A DNA stretch of 64,000 nt from Candidatus Poribacteria bacterium (GCA_965208675.1 OZ242351.1:896001-960000), one strand, 5' to 3'; positions 40,206 to 50,941 are shown, counted from the first letter of the stretch. The notes: a model not told the origin generated them from the sequence alone. Translations and numbers: made by a program.

Positions 40206-40462
40206 GTTAACCGCCCGTAATTGAAGGTGAATTCGCCGAGGTATGTTCTCACATAAGCGGTATGAAGTCAAGGTCTTTTTCGGCGGCGGCAATCCGTTAC
40301 TGTACCCATGCACGGTGATATGCTACAATAGAATGCACGTTGTATGAGGTTGTCGATACAACCCCGATTTCGAAATAGATTTAGGCATTGATTCACAAAT
40401 TGGCATGAAAGGCGAAATGTACTTTATAGCCGTTTACATTCATATTTACACAGATTTAGATA

Positions 40463-40490
40463 CCCCCCTGATAAGGGGGGCTAGGGGGTT
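40463..40490. repeat. Short GC palindrome (REP-like)
   Basis: CCCCCC-TGATAA-GGGGGG followed by CTAGGGGGTT in a divergent intergenic region. Confidence 0.4.
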
Positions 40491-40567
40491 GACACCTCTT
40501 TTTGATCGGATTGAAGGTAATGTGTAAATTTTAGTTGCAGTGACTATAAGCAAGGAGAAAACCCAAT

Positions 40568-41626
40568 ATGGCATACCCATTAAAAGTTGGCATCATCGGC
40601 GTTGGGGGTATCGCCCGCACCCACGTACCGGGTTGGAACGCCTCGCCGCACGCCGATTTGGCGGCTGGTTGTGATATCAGAGATGATGTCGTCAAACACT
40701 GGGGCGAAGCAAACCAAATAAAAAAACTGGCGACCAATCCGGAAGATCTCTTCAACGATGCGGATATTGATATCATTGATGTATGCACGCCGAACATGTA
40801 TCACGCGCCGCTGGCAGTTGCAGCGCTTGAATCGGGAAAACATGTCATCTGCGAAAAACCTTTGGCGCCGACTCCGCAAGACATCTACAAAATGATCGAA
40901 GCCCGCAATCAGTCCGGAAAGATGCTCATGACGGCACAGCATTTCCGGTTTGAACCTAAATCGAAAGCCGTGAAAGCCGAAATAGACAGGGGTGTGCTCG
41001 GCGACGTATACCATGCGCGCAGTTGGATGCTGCGCCGTAACGGTTTCTCACCAGGACCGGGATTCGTCCTCAAGAAAAACAGCGGCGGGGGACCATGCAT
41101 CGACATCGGCGTTCATATTTTGGATTTAACCCTCTGGTTCATGGGCAATCCGCAGCCAGCCGCTGTGACGGGGGTAGCACGGGCTGAGCTCGCACATCGA
41201 AAGGGCGCTTTCTGCGCATGGGGCGGCGAGATTCCGGAAGCGTTCGATGTCGAAGATTTTGCGGCGGCGTTCGTACGATTTGAGAACGGCGCCACCCTAA
41301 TCCTAGAGGTGAGTTGGCTGCTCCACCACGATATACGCGGCGAGGATATGCAGATGTGGCTTTACGGGACGGATGCCGGCGCACACTGGCCCAAATGCGA
41401 GTTTCTTGAGAGCAATGCCGCGACGAAGCAGCATTTCAATCGATCCTTACAACTTTTCCCAAATCTACTGGAACCGCATGCACAGGAGTGCGTCGAGTTT
41501 GCGCAGGCGATTGCAGAAGGCGCGCCCTCACCCGTGCCTGCCGAACAGTCGCTGCAGGTGATTTCCATTCTGGACGGCATCTACAGGAGCCAAGAACAGG
41601 GTGGAGAAGTGCGAGTCAATGCGTAG
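40568..41626 (+). CDS. Gfo/Idh/MocA family oxidoreductase
   Basis: GIIGVGGI, GKHVICEKP, GGGPCIDIGVHILD. Confidence 0.9.
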   Translation: MAYPLKVGIIGVGGIARTHVPGWNASPHADLAAGCDIRDDVVKHWGEANQIKKLATNPEDLFNDADIDIIDVCTPNMYHAPLAVAALESGKHVICEKPLAPTPQDIYKMIEARNQSGKMLMTAQHFRFEPKSKAVKAEIDRGVLGDVYHARSWMLRRNGFSPGPGFVLKKNSGGGPCIDIGVHILDLTLWFMGNPQPAAVTGVARAELAHRKGAFCAWGGEIPEAFDVEDFAAAFVRFENGATLILEVSWLLHHDIRGEDMQMWLYGTDAGAHWPKCEFLESNAATKQHFNRSLQLFPNLLEPHAQECVEFAQAIAEGAPSPVPAEQSLQVISILDGIYRSQEQGGEVRVNA

Positions 41627-41627
41627 T

Positions 41628-41724
41628 GTAGCAGGCAATCTCCGAGTGACGTGTCTTTAAAGTAGTAGGCATACTCCGTATGCCGTCATTTTAAAGTAGC
41701 AGGCACACGGCGTGTGCCTGCTAC
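41628..41724. repeat. Cluster of three GTAG-type REP elements
   Basis: GTAGCAGGCAATCTCCGAGTGAC (41628), GTAGTAGGCATACTCCGTATGCC (41662), perfect palindrome GTAGCAGGCACAC-GGC-GTGTGCCTGCTAC (41696-41724); 34-bp period. Confidence 0.85.
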
Positions 41725-41734
41725 TATGGTGCGC

Positions 41735-42925
41735 TCAAACGACTTTATCCCCGCGCAACTCCGTTATCGCATCGTCATCAAAGCCAAGTATTTCCTTGAG
41801 AACTTCAGCCGTGTGCTGGCCCAGCGTGGGCGGCGGCAGACGCATCTCGGCAGGGGTCATCGACAGTTTGAACGGCGTGCCGGCGAGTTTCACGCTGCCC
41901 GCAGATGGGTGCGGCATCTCGACGGTCATTTCCCGTGCGGCTGCCTGCGGGTCGGCGAACACGCTGTCAAGTGTGTTAACTGGTCCCGCAGGAACGTCGG
42001 CATCCGCGCAGATTTGCAGCCATTCGGCAACAGTCTTCCGGCGGAACAAGTTCTCCAACATAGGTATCAATACGTCCCGGTGTGCGACGCGCTGCGGGTT
42101 GGACGCAAACCGAGAATCCTTCCCCCATGCACTCACACCCGCCGCTTCACAGAATCGCTGCCATTGTCCGTCGTTGCCGATGGCTAAGGTAAGAAAATCG
42201 TCCGCCGCTTGAAACGCCTGATACGGAACGATGCTGGCGTGTGCGTTTCCCCAGCGCAGCGGCGTCTCGCCAGAACAGAGGTAACTGCTGCCGACGTTTG
42301 CCAGTAGTGCAATTTGCGAATCGAACAGGGATATATCAAGATGCTGCCCTTCACCGCTGCGTTCACGAGAATACAGTGCGGCAAGTATGGCATTGCACGC
42401 GAACAGCGCAGCCGCAACATCAACAATGGCAACCCCTACCTTCATGGGTGTCCCGCCGCGCTCGCCGGTGATGGACATAAACCCGCCGCGTCCCTGAATC
42501 AGCGAATCGTATCCCGCTAACTCACGGTCGGGACCGGTGTGCCCGAAACCGCTAATGGAGCAGTAAATTAATCGAGGATTAATTTCTTTGAGTTCGATGT
42601 ACCCTAAACCGAGTTGGTCGGCGCCTCCGATTCGAAAGTTCTCGATTAACACATCGCTGTTGCGCGCTAAATCCTGCGCAATGGCGGCGGCTCGCCTGTC
42701 CTTGAGGTTGAGGGTGATGCTTTTCTTGTTGCGGTTGCAGCATAGGTAATATGCCGACTCGCCGCCGACAAACGGGGGGCCCCATTGCCGTGTTTCGTCG
42801 CCGGCATCCGGACGCTCGACTTTGATAACTTCCGCGCCCAGATCGCCCAACATCATCGCGCAATAGGGACCGGCTAAATGCCGCGACAATTCCAGCACGC
42901 GCACGCCATCGAGCGCACCTGCCAT
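41735..42925 (-). CDS. Family III CoA transferase (CaiB/BaiF)
   Basis: LAGPYC..MLGDLGAEVIKVE, NRNKKSI, ENFR, PPTLGQHT. Confidence 0.92.
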   Translation of the reverse strand: MAGALDGVRVLELSRHLAGPYCAMMLGDLGAEVIKVERPDAGDETRQWGPPFVGGESAYYLCCNRNKKSITLNLKDRRAAAIAQDLARNSDVLIENFRIGGADQLGLGYIELKEINPRLIYCSISGFGHTGPDRELAGYDSLIQGRGGFMSITGERGGTPMKVGVAIVDVAAALFACNAILAALYSRERSGEGQHLDISLFDSQIALLANVGSSYLCSGETPLRWGNAHASIVPYQAFQAADDFLTLAIGNDGQWQRFCEAAGVSAWGKDSRFASNPQRVAHRDVLIPMLENLFRRKTVAEWLQICADADVPAGPVNTLDSVFADPQAAAREMTVEMPHPSAGSVKLAGTPFKLSMTPAEMRLPPPTLGQHTAEVLKEILGFDDDAITELRGDKVV

Positions 42926-44124
42926 TACGTGTCCTCCGCAAACGGATACGGCGGCAGTGATTGCGTTAAACGCTTGTCAGTTCGGTATCCGAGCGCATAT
43001 TCTGCCTGCATCAACTGGTGAATTTCCTGCGTGCCCTCGTAGATTAACGCCCCGCGGGAGTTGCGTAAGTAGCGTTCGACGGGGTACTCGTCGCTATAGC
43101 CGTTGGCGCCATGGACTTGCACAGCGTCATCGGCTGCTCTAAAGGCGCTCTGGCAATTCAGCCACTTTGCGAGACTCGCCTCGCGTGTACAGCGCGCCCC
43201 TCGATTCATCATCCAGCCAATCTGATAGTAAAGCAGCCGCCCGGTGTCGCGCCCGGCGACCATGTGGGCAATTTTTTGCTGAACGAGTTGGTGTTTCCCA
43301 ATCGGACGCCCGAACGTCTCGCGCGCCTTGACGTACGATGCACTCGCCTCAAGGCACGCCTCTATCAAACCGACCGCCCCAGCGGCAACTGTGTAGCGCC
43401 CGCTGTCCAATGCACTCATGGCGATTTTGAATCCTTCTCCCTCTTCACCGACACGATTCGCTGCCGCTACACGCACCTCTCGCAGTGCAATCCCTCCGGT
43501 TGCGCCGATACGTCCGCCCAGTTTGTGTTTGATGCTAGAGGCGCTGACACCCTCGAAGCTGCGTTCCACGATAAATGCCGAAATGCCGCGGTACTTGGCG
43601 TTAGGATCGGTGTAGGCGAAAACCAGATACTGGTCGGCGATGTCAGCGAAACCGATCCATGTCTTTTCGCCGTCGAGAATATAACTGCCGCCCTCCCGCC
43701 GGGCGGTGGTGCGAATACTCGAGACATCGCTTCCCGCATGCGGTTCAGTCAGCGCAAACGCCCCCAACTTCTCGCCGCGCGCCTGCGGCGCAAGATACTT
43801 GCCTTTTTGCGCGCCGCTTCCCCACCGAAACAACGTCAACGAGTTGAGGCCTAGATGCACGGACACCAACACACGAAACGCGCTGTCCGCACGCTCCAAC
43901 TCTTCACAGACGATGCCGAGGCTCAGATAGTCGCGCCCCAATCCGCCGTGGCATCGTGGAATGCAAACGCCGAACAGTCCCTCTGCCGCCATCTTCGGTA
44001 AAATTTCCCGCGGAAAGTTCTGTGCGCGGTCCCATTCTCGGACATACGGCAAAATCTCGCGCGCACAGAACTCGCGCGTCCTCCTGCGGATGGCATCGTG
44101 CTCCGATGTCAATGTGAAGTCCAA
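42925..44124 (-). CDS. Acyl-CoA dehydrogenase (glutaryl-CoA dehydrogenase-like)
   Basis: [33 protein letters not shown]. Confidence 0.9.
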   Translation of the reverse strand: MDFTLTSEHDAIRRRTREFCAREILPYVREWDRAQNFPREILPKMAAEGLFGVCIPRCHGGLGRDYLSLGIVCEELERADSAFRVLVSVHLGLNSLTLFRWGSGAQKGKYLAPQARGEKLGAFALTEPHAGSDVSSIRTTARREGGSYILDGEKTWIGFADIADQYLVFAYTDPNAKYRGISAFIVERSFEGVSASSIKHKLGGRIGATGGIALREVRVAAANRVGEEGEGFKIAMSALDSGRYTVAAGAVGLIEACLEASASYVKARETFGRPIGKHQLVQQKIAHMVAGRDTGRLLYYQIGWMMNRGARCTREASLAKWLNCQSAFRAADDAVQVHGANGYSDEYPVERYLRNSRGALIYEGTQEIHQLMQAEYALGYRTDKRLTQSLPPYPFAEDT

Positions 44125-44220
44125 AATTTAAATCTCCATGCGTGGGAAGGGGTTGACGGTATTGATTACAGTATATCAAATTCGAATTTTCTGATAAACA
44201 GAAAAAACCGACAATCACTC

Positions 44221-44248
44221 TTGACAAAATCTGCAATTTTCGTATAAT
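44221..44248 (+). promoter_or_regulatory. Consensus sigma70 promoter
   Basis: TTGACA-16 bp-TATAAT. Confidence 0.75.
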
Positions 44249-44258
44249 GGCATAAAAA

Positions 44259-44323
44259 GTAGCAGGCACACTACATATGCTGTAGCCTCTTAAAGTAGTA
44301 GGCACACTCCGTGTGCCTACTAC
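44259..44323. repeat. Two GTAG-type REP elements in a 5' leader
   Basis: GTAGCAGGCACACTAC... (44259) and palindrome GTAGTAGGCACAC-TCC-GTGTGCCTACTAC (44295-44323). Confidence 0.85.
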
Positions 44324-44366
44324 TAAAAAAGCATCTTCCTGCACACAGAGAAAAGGGAACAAATCA

Positions 44367-45266
44367 ATGCGAGTTTTTGTTACGGGCGGCACCGGTTATA
44401 TCGGCAGCGCTGTTGTATCGGAACTTGTCAAGGGGTCTCACCACGTAACCGGACTCGCCAGATCGGCTGAAAAGCAGACCGAACTGGTGAATCTCGGAGC
44501 GGCACCAGTTCGAGGCGACCTGAGAGACGTTTCCGGCTTCAAAGACCTCGCGGCAGAGCACGACGCCATCATCCATATCGGCTTTGAACGCAGCCCGGAA
44601 GGCTACGCCGCCGACCGCGCAGTCATGGAAGCGCTCCTCGCCGCTGCAAGCGCCGTGTCCGGCGCCCGCCATGTAATCTATACCTCCGGATTGTGGGTAC
44701 TTGGCACCGTAAGCGAAGACCCCGTAGATGAAGACGCCTCGACCGACCAGCCGGTTCCACTCGTCGCCTGGCGCCCGCCGCACGAAAGGCTGGTGTTGGA
44801 TGCCGATTCGGAATCAATGACTACATCAGTTATCCGCCCGGGGATGGTATATGGCGGAGACGGCGGAATCTTGGAGTCGTACTTCATATCGGCGGATAAG
44901 GGCGAACCGGTTGTGCATGTCGGCGATGGGGTTAACCGTTTCTGCTTTGTGCACCGCGAAGACCTGGCTGAGCTATACCGGCTCGTCGTCGAGAAACGGG
45001 CAGCCGGAATCTTCCACGGTATTGATAATGCATTTGTCACCATTGCCGATGCGGCGCGCGCCGTCAGCCAAGCCGCAGGCAAGGGCAGCCCGGTCCATAG
45101 CCGTCCAGTCGAAGACGCACGGGATGAGATGGGATTGTTCGCCGATGCGCTCTGCACCGATCAGGCGGTGGTTGCCCGCCGCTCCCGCGAACTCGGTTGG
45201 CAGCCGAAACATCCTCCATTTCCCGAAAGCGCCCGCGCAGCCTATCAGGAGTGGAAAGAAAGTTAA
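44367..45266 (+). CDS. NAD-dependent epimerase/dehydratase (atypical SDR)
   Basis: MRVFVTGGTGYIG, YTSG, RPGMVYG, VHREDLA. Confidence 0.88.
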   Translation: MRVFVTGGTGYIGSAVVSELVKGSHHVTGLARSAEKQTELVNLGAAPVRGDLRDVSGFKDLAAEHDAIIHIGFERSPEGYAADRAVMEALLAAASAVSGARHVIYTSGLWVLGTVSEDPVDEDASTDQPVPLVAWRPPHERLVLDADSESMTTSVIRPGMVYGGDGGILESYFISADKGEPVVHVGDGVNRFCFVHREDLAELYRLVVEKRAAGIFHGIDNAFVTIADAARAVSQAAGKGSPVHSRPVEDARDEMGLFADALCTDQAVVARRSRELGWQPKHPPFPESARAAYQEWKES

Positions 45267-45388
45267 ACTATTTGGGAGTTACGCGCTTCAATAGTGAACA
45301 ACGATCGATGTTCACTACGAAATGGAGAAAATACTGGGGTCTTTACCCTTGAAATTTTCGCGCCTTGTGACGATGAACCGCCTGTAAA

Positions 45389-45488
45389 GTAGTAGGCACA
45401 CTCCGTGTGCCGTAAGTTACATATACTACTTAGCGGCCGGATGGCGGCATCGGGACGAGGTTTGCGGCACACCGAGTGTGCCTACTAC
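45389..45488. repeat. Inverted REP doublet (REPIN/BIME-like)
   Basis: GTAGTAGGCACACTCCGTGTGCC (45389-45411) and inverted GGCACACCGAGTGTGCCTACTAC (45466-45488). Confidence 0.85.
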
Positions 45489-45744
45489 TATGCCTTGCGC
45501 ATTCAAGTGCTTACGTCCTATCCATTTTGAATTTTTGGTATGCGCTAATCCCTTGGGCTAAGGCGTGTTGACATTTTGGTGTTGCTAATGGGTCAAACGA
45601 CCGTGTGATTTGCCAAGAACCCAAACCCGGTGAGAAGTCCGACCTATGTGGGCAGCCACCAGGGTTGCTTCAATGTAGGGGCAGGTCTCGTGCCTGCCCA
45701 AAAACTCTCGGGACGTTGATGAGATAAACAATCGTCAAAAGAAA

Positions 45745-45951
45745 CTAGGGCGTGTTGACATTTGGCATCCCGTAGGTTGAATTGAACGGTTAAACGGCAG
45801 TCCCTATCAAGTACAAAGGAATCTTTTGTAACACAATCTTTTAGATTGTGATCCGAGCCCGCAAACTAACAGTTTGCGCTACTTATATCAGATTATCCAA
45901 TGGTGACAACGTTTGCCGAATCTGTAGCCTCAAAATGTCAACAGAACCTAG
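45745..45951. mobile_element. Putative MITE (~200 bp), non-autonomous
   Basis: Ends CTAGGGCGTGTTGACATTT / AAATGTCAACAGAACCTAG (16/19 inverted match, CTAG on both sides); second left end CTAAGGCGTGTTGACATTT at 45558-45576. Confidence 0.6.
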
Positions 45952-45983
45952 TAAAACCCGAAATTACACAAAAGGAGTGATTT

Positions 45984-46877
45984 ATGAGATTTGTATCTTT
46001 CGCAGCCGACGGCGGCTCACATTATGGTATTTTAAAAGATGACCGCGTCCTCGACCTGAACGTGGCGGGCGGCGGGGACTTTCCCAACGACATGCTCGGA
46101 CTAATCGACCTTGGGGCTTCCGGAATTGAGCGTGCACAGCAACTAGCGGACGAGTCGCCGGAATCCGCGTGGCAGCCGCTCGATCCCGCCAAATTGCTCG
46201 CACCCATTCCGGTACCCCGCCGCAACGTGTTCTGCTTGGGCATGAACTACGCCGCCCACGCAGCCGAAGGCGCTTTAGCGAGGGGTGTAGAGCCATCCCT
46301 TCCCGCAGTACCGGTATTCTTTACCAAAACCACGACTGCGGTCACGGGACCATATTCGGATGTCCCGTTCGACGCCGCCGTGTCCGATCAGATTGATTGG
46401 GAAGTCGAAATGGCGGTCATCATCGGCGGGCGCGGAAAGAACATCTCGCCCGAATCGGCGATGGACTACGTGTTCGGGTACACCGTCGTCAACGACCTGT
46501 CGGCTCGAGATTTACAATTCAGCCATAACCAGTTTTTTAAGGGCAAGAGTCTGGATGGCGGGTGCCCGATGGGACCTTGTATCGTCACCGCAGACGAAAT
46601 TTCAAATCCCCATGCACTGAACGTGCGCTGTACCGTCAACGGCGTCCTCAAACAGGACTCTAATACATCCGATCTCATCTTCGACATCCCAGCGACCATC
46701 GACTGGCTCTCGCGCGGGTTGACGATTCAACCGGGCGATGTTATTTCGACCGGCACCCCCAGCGGCGTCGGGTTCGCGCGCACACCACCGGAATTCCTCT
46801 TCCCCGGCGATGTCGTCGAGTGCGAAGTCGAAGAAATCGGAACTATCCGCAATCGGATGGTTGATGTTGGTGGTTGA
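45984..46877 (+). CDS. Fumarylacetoacetate hydrolase family protein
   Basis: CLGMNYAAH, DWEVE, NDLSARD, GKS, TGTPSGVG. Confidence 0.92.
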   Translation: MRFVSFAADGGSHYGILKDDRVLDLNVAGGGDFPNDMLGLIDLGASGIERAQQLADESPESAWQPLDPAKLLAPIPVPRRNVFCLGMNYAAHAAEGALARGVEPSLPAVPVFFTKTTTAVTGPYSDVPFDAAVSDQIDWEVEMAVIIGGRGKNISPESAMDYVFGYTVVNDLSARDLQFSHNQFFKGKSLDGGCPMGPCIVTADEISNPHALNVRCTVNGVLKQDSNTSDLIFDIPATIDWLSRGLTIQPGDVISTGTPSGVGFARTPPEFLFPGDVVECEVEEIGTIRNRMVDVGG

Positions 46878-47009
46878 TTCTTGTAAATTACGATTGGAAT
46901 CAAAATCTGGTGTCCGCAACTCACTCGCAAACCAATTTAGACAAGGTGTTTTGGAATTCCTGATTGATTACCAGACAGCAATCCATTACTACTGATTGTT
47001 ACGGAAGAC

Positions 47010-50000
47010 ATGATGAAACTAACCCTCGTTACTATGTCCTTGATGATATTTCTGCACTGCAGAACTCCAGTAGCAGAAATACTGACCCCTCCGCAAATTG
47101 CCGAAAAAGCGAAAGCAGCTACAGTGCTACTAGGCATGATAGACGCGGATGGTAAATGGCTTGGATCTGGAAGCGGTTTCTTCGTGCGACCGAATCTAAT
47201 TGCAACCAATTATCACGTGATAGAAGATGCCGCTAAGGTAGGGGCAAAGCTTGTAGATCAGAAAAAGGTTTACCCGATAGATCGCATCCGCGGACTCGAT
47301 GAAAAAAACGATTTGGCAATTTTGCAAGTGTCGGCTCCTGGAGTCCAGCCACTCCCTCTAGCCGATAGCGAGACCGTTGCCATAGGTGACTCGGTCTTCG
47401 TCATGAGCAATCCGCTAGGTGATTCACGATTGGAAGGTACCTTTTCGCCGGGACACATTAATCAGATTCGCACGAAGAGCGATTTTGGCATTGGCAAGCG
47501 TTTTCAACATGATGCCCAGACTGACAGTGGCAGCAGTGGCGGCCCTTTACTCAACAATAAAGGTGAAGTAATCGGCGTTCACGTGGGACATTATCGCAGT
47601 CCCAACGCCACAGGTTCCACTAGCGAGAAATACAATGTAGCTATCCCGTCAAATTACCTCAATAATCTCATTGTTCGACATTTGGGTCCAGCGAAACCAG
47701 CTAGGCCGAAAGTTACTCCCAAAAGACCTCAACCGTCAAAACCTGTTCAACCAAAAATGACCACACCAAAACCCACCCCTCAAGAGATTGCCAAAAAAGC
47801 ATTGGCCGCTACAGTGCACATAGGCATAGTGGATGCAAACGGTCACGCTTCAACCGGAAGCGGATTTTTTGTACGACCGAACTACATCGCGACCAATTTG
47901 CACGTGATTGATGGCGCCGAGGGCGGAGTGGCAAAACGCGTTGGTCAGAAAAAAATGTTCGCCATTAAGGGTTTTACCGCAAAAGACAAAGCGCATGACT
48001 TGGCAATTTTGCAGGTGTCCGCCCATGGTGTCCAGCCGCTTCCTCTGGGCGACAGTGACGATGTCGAGATAGGTGATACGGTTTATTCCGCAGGCAATCC
48101 GGGAGGGTTGGAAGGTACGTTTTCAGATGGTTTAATTAGTGCAATCCGGCCAGAGGGTAACGAACTGATACACGGTAAGTTGCTTCAGATGACAGCTCCA
48201 ATTTCGGCAGGGAGTAGTGGCGGACCTGTCTTAAACGACAGTGGCGAAGTAATCGGAATATCTGTCGGATTCAGAGAGGGAGGACAGAATCTCAATTACG
48301 CTATTCCTGTGAATTATCTCAAGGCTATGATAAACGGCCAATTGCGGTCAGCGAAACCGTCCACACCAAAAGTCACTCCCAAAATACGTAATGCGCCAAA
48401 ATCTGTTAGACCGAAACCGCCCTCGTCAAGAGACACCCCGCCGAAACCCATACCGCCAAAACCTGCCCCACAGAAACCTAAACCACCAGAACCTGTTCAA
48501 CCAAAACCGGCCGCCCCCAAAGACACTCCACAGAATCCTGAACCGCCAAAACCAGTGCAACCAAAACCGGTTACGCCAAGAGTCACACCGAAACCCACTC
48601 CCTCAATACCAAATCCTTCTCGCCCGCTTTCACCAATGGAGCTACTTCAAAAAGGCATAAAACAATATGAAGAGACAAAATTCACCGATGCGATAAAGTC
48701 CTTACAGTTGTCCTTAAGTGGGCTTGGGAACCCAGAACAGAGAGCTAAAGCTCATCTTTACCTAGGGTGTTCGATATGGGGTTTAGGAGAAGATGCCAAT
48801 CAGGTGCACCGAGAATTTCAGGAGGCGCTTCGCCACTATCCAAATCAAACCTTGCCGCCAAGGATTGGGGATGACCACCCCGTCTTTCAGCCGTTACTAA
48901 AAAAGGTGCGTTCGAAATCTGTTGGCGAGCTGACAATTTCCTGTTCATTACCCCAGTCGGAAATTTGGATTCACGGAAGCCTAATTGAAAGGAAAATGAT
49001 AGGTACTGGAACAACCAACATTCGCCTATTCATGGGTGACTACATTGTAGAGGGCATTTACGAAGACGTAACCCGAAAACAGACCGTTATCATCGAACCT
49101 AATGAACATGAAGTAATCGTCCTCGAACTGCCAGCTATAATCAAGCATGACACGCCCGGAAAAGTATCCATCGGCGAAACAATTGCACTGACATTGGATT
49201 TAATCTCCGCGGCGAGACCTACACTGGTTGAAGTTCGCTACAAAACCTACAGCAGAAAAGGGGACGAATTAGAACATGGGGTCAAAGAAATGCGTTTGTG
49301 GAAGGAGCACGCTGCCTCGTCGACATGGACTTATCGGGTGGAATTGTCGCTAAATAAGAACTTCGGAAAGGTTCACTATTTTATCGAGGCCGATGCGGCA
49401 AGGTCTCCAAAAACTGGTCATCATAGCGTCATAATTGAAGAGGACGAGCAAGATCGGAAGGAATTCGAAGGTGAACTCAAGGAAGTTGAAGACAGTTGGA
49501 AGCGGATTCATGACACAAATTCAGCGGCGCAACTTAAGATAAATGGTTTGTTGGAAACTACGGACTCAGTAATTAAATCTGCCGAAAGTACCGTAAACAT
49601 CCACAAATTTAACCAGCACCAGAACACGGCATCTGAGCAAATAAATGCATCGAGTGAATCGGTGGACGCGTTAGTGACGAGTGCGCCAATCGATGAACAG
49701 GAACTCGACAACCTGCTAAATTCCCTATCCCAACGGGAATTTGATGCCAAGGCCAACAGACGGCTATCGGACTCCTTTATTGAAACAACGACGACTTCAT
49801 TGAGAGACAAAATAAAGGGTACAAAAGACTCACTGAATGTGTTGGGTAACATGCAAATACGCTTGGATAATCAGGAAAGCCACTTGGCAAAAGTAGTTAA
49901 AGAGTTTAAACCGTTGCATCAGGGATTTTGGGCGGGTTTATGGTCAAATATGGTTTCGAAAGATGAACCTTCCACTTCTAATCCGGGCGGCGGTGATATG

Positions 50001-50489
50001 TTCAGCCTCATCTACCTGCGAGAGGGAAAAACCCATCGGGCGCGAGGGGTACGACTGGACTATTCCTACCAGAATCCCGTTAATACAAGCGTGACAGGTC
50101 TGTGGGAGCCGGATTTAGATTTAAGTAAATTAAGAGAAAATGCTATGGCGCTTACGCTCCTCGGCGGAATAGCAAGATACGGTATCAACTCCACGCAATC
50201 TGAAACGAATCAATTCACAACTGAAAAGGCAACACATACTACGCCCATAATCGGTGCGGGACTGCAGCTCTATCCAGAGCATAGAGTAACAGTGGATCTA
50301 AATGGTACAATCAAACTTCAGTCAGCAAATGACGGCGATCGTTTTATCAACAAACATCTTTACCACTACGAAGTAGGAGTTCGTCTTTACATTGCCCCGG
50401 CACTAAATTTAAGAGTAGGATATGGTCAATGGCACTTAGGTAATCGCGATGTTACCGGTCTGCAGATTGGGCTGGGCGCTCTTTTTTGA
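47010..50489 (+). CDS. Secreted double trypsin-like (S1) protease + Pro-rich linker + TPR-like + PEGA-like + helical stalk + C-terminal OM beta-barrel
   Basis: Two intact triads (TNYH/NDLAIL/GSSGGP; TNLH/HDLAIL/GSSGGP); PKP-rich linker; amphipathic strands ending GLQIGLGALF. Confidence 0.85.
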   Translation: MMKLTLVTMSLMIFLHCRTPVAEILTPPQIAEKAKAATVLLGMIDADGKWLGSGSGFFVRPNLIATNYHVIEDAAKVGAKLVDQKKVYPIDRIRGLDEKNDLAILQVSAPGVQPLPLADSETVAIGDSVFVMSNPLGDSRLEGTFSPGHINQIRTKSDFGIGKRFQHDAQTDSGSSGGPLLNNKGEVIGVHVGHYRSPNATGSTSEKYNVAIPSNYLNNLIVRHLGPAKPARPKVTPKRPQPSKPVQPKMTTPKPTPQEIAKKALAATVHIGIVDANGHASTGSGFFVRPNYIATNLHVIDGAEGGVAKRVGQKKMFAIKGFTAKDKAHDLAILQVSAHGVQPLPLGDSDDVEIGDTVYSAGNPGGLEGTFSDGLISAIRPEGNELIHGKLLQMTAPISAGSSGGPVLNDSGEVIGISVGFREGGQNLNYAIPVNYLKAMINGQLRSAKPSTPKVTPKIRNAPKSVRPKPPSSRDTPPKPIPPKPAPQKPKPPEPVQPKPAAPKDTPQNPEPPKPVQPKPVTPRVTPKPTPSIPNPSRPLSPMELLQKGIKQYEETKFTDAIKSLQLSLSGLGNPEQRAKAHLYLGCSIWGLGEDANQVHREFQEALRHYPNQTLPPRIGDDHPVFQPLLKKVRSKSVGELTISCSLPQSEIWIHGSLIERKMIGTGTTNIRLFMGDYIVEGIYEDVTRKQTVIIEPNEHEVIVLELPAIIKHDTPGKVSIGETIALTLDLISAARPTLVEVRYKTYSRKGDELEHGVKEMRLWKEHAASSTWTYRVELSLNKNFGKVHYFIEADAARSPKTGHHSVIIEEDEQDRKEFEGELKEVEDSWKRIHDTNSAAQLKINGLLETTDSVIKSAESTVNIHKFNQHQNTASEQINASSESVDALVTSAPIDEQELDNLLNSLSQREFDAKANRRLSDSFIETTTTSLRDKIKGTKDSLNVLGNMQIRLDNQESHLAKVVKEFKPLHQGFWAGLWSNMVSKDEPSTSNPGGGDMFSLIYLREGKTHRARGVRLDYSYQNPVNTSVTGLWEPDLDLSKLRENAMALTLLGGIARYGINSTQSETNQFTTEKATHTTPIIGAGLQLYPEHRVTVDLNGTIKLQSANDGDRFINKHLYHYEVGVRLYIAPALNLRVGYGQWHLGNRDVTGLQIGLGALF

Positions 50490-50941
50490 ACAACGTGCAA
50501 TTGAAACACCCGACTTTAAACTTGATTAGGACGACAATAGTCACCGCATCGGGTGGTTGAACGGTTAAATCGTATATCTATCAAGGTTAGCCTGAATGCT
50601 GTTCGCTACCGTCACTATTGCATAGTAAACGTATATCGTACCGAACTCCAAACCTAGCCAATGACAATTAATTATTGCGATTCAAGATATAGAAAACTTC
50701 AAGTAACATCGCACTTTGTATTTGTATCATAATGCTCGAAACTTTTATGTGCGATTATTAAACCAATTTAAAATCAAATTTGCGCCTAATCGGTTTAGCG
50801 GCTAATCCTCGTGCATTGTAGTCACCAACTGCTGTCGTTCATGAACGTCCATTTTCTCGCATATTCCCGATGAAAGCCACAACGTGAACACTACCTATAT
50901 CAACATAAAACCAACTCTAATTTAGCAAGGGAGACTACGAT

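Noticed and set aside
41628-41724. Mini CRISPR array
   Set aside because: 34-bp period leaves spacers of only about 10 bp, repeats are GTAG palindromes that also occur dispersed, and there are no cas genes
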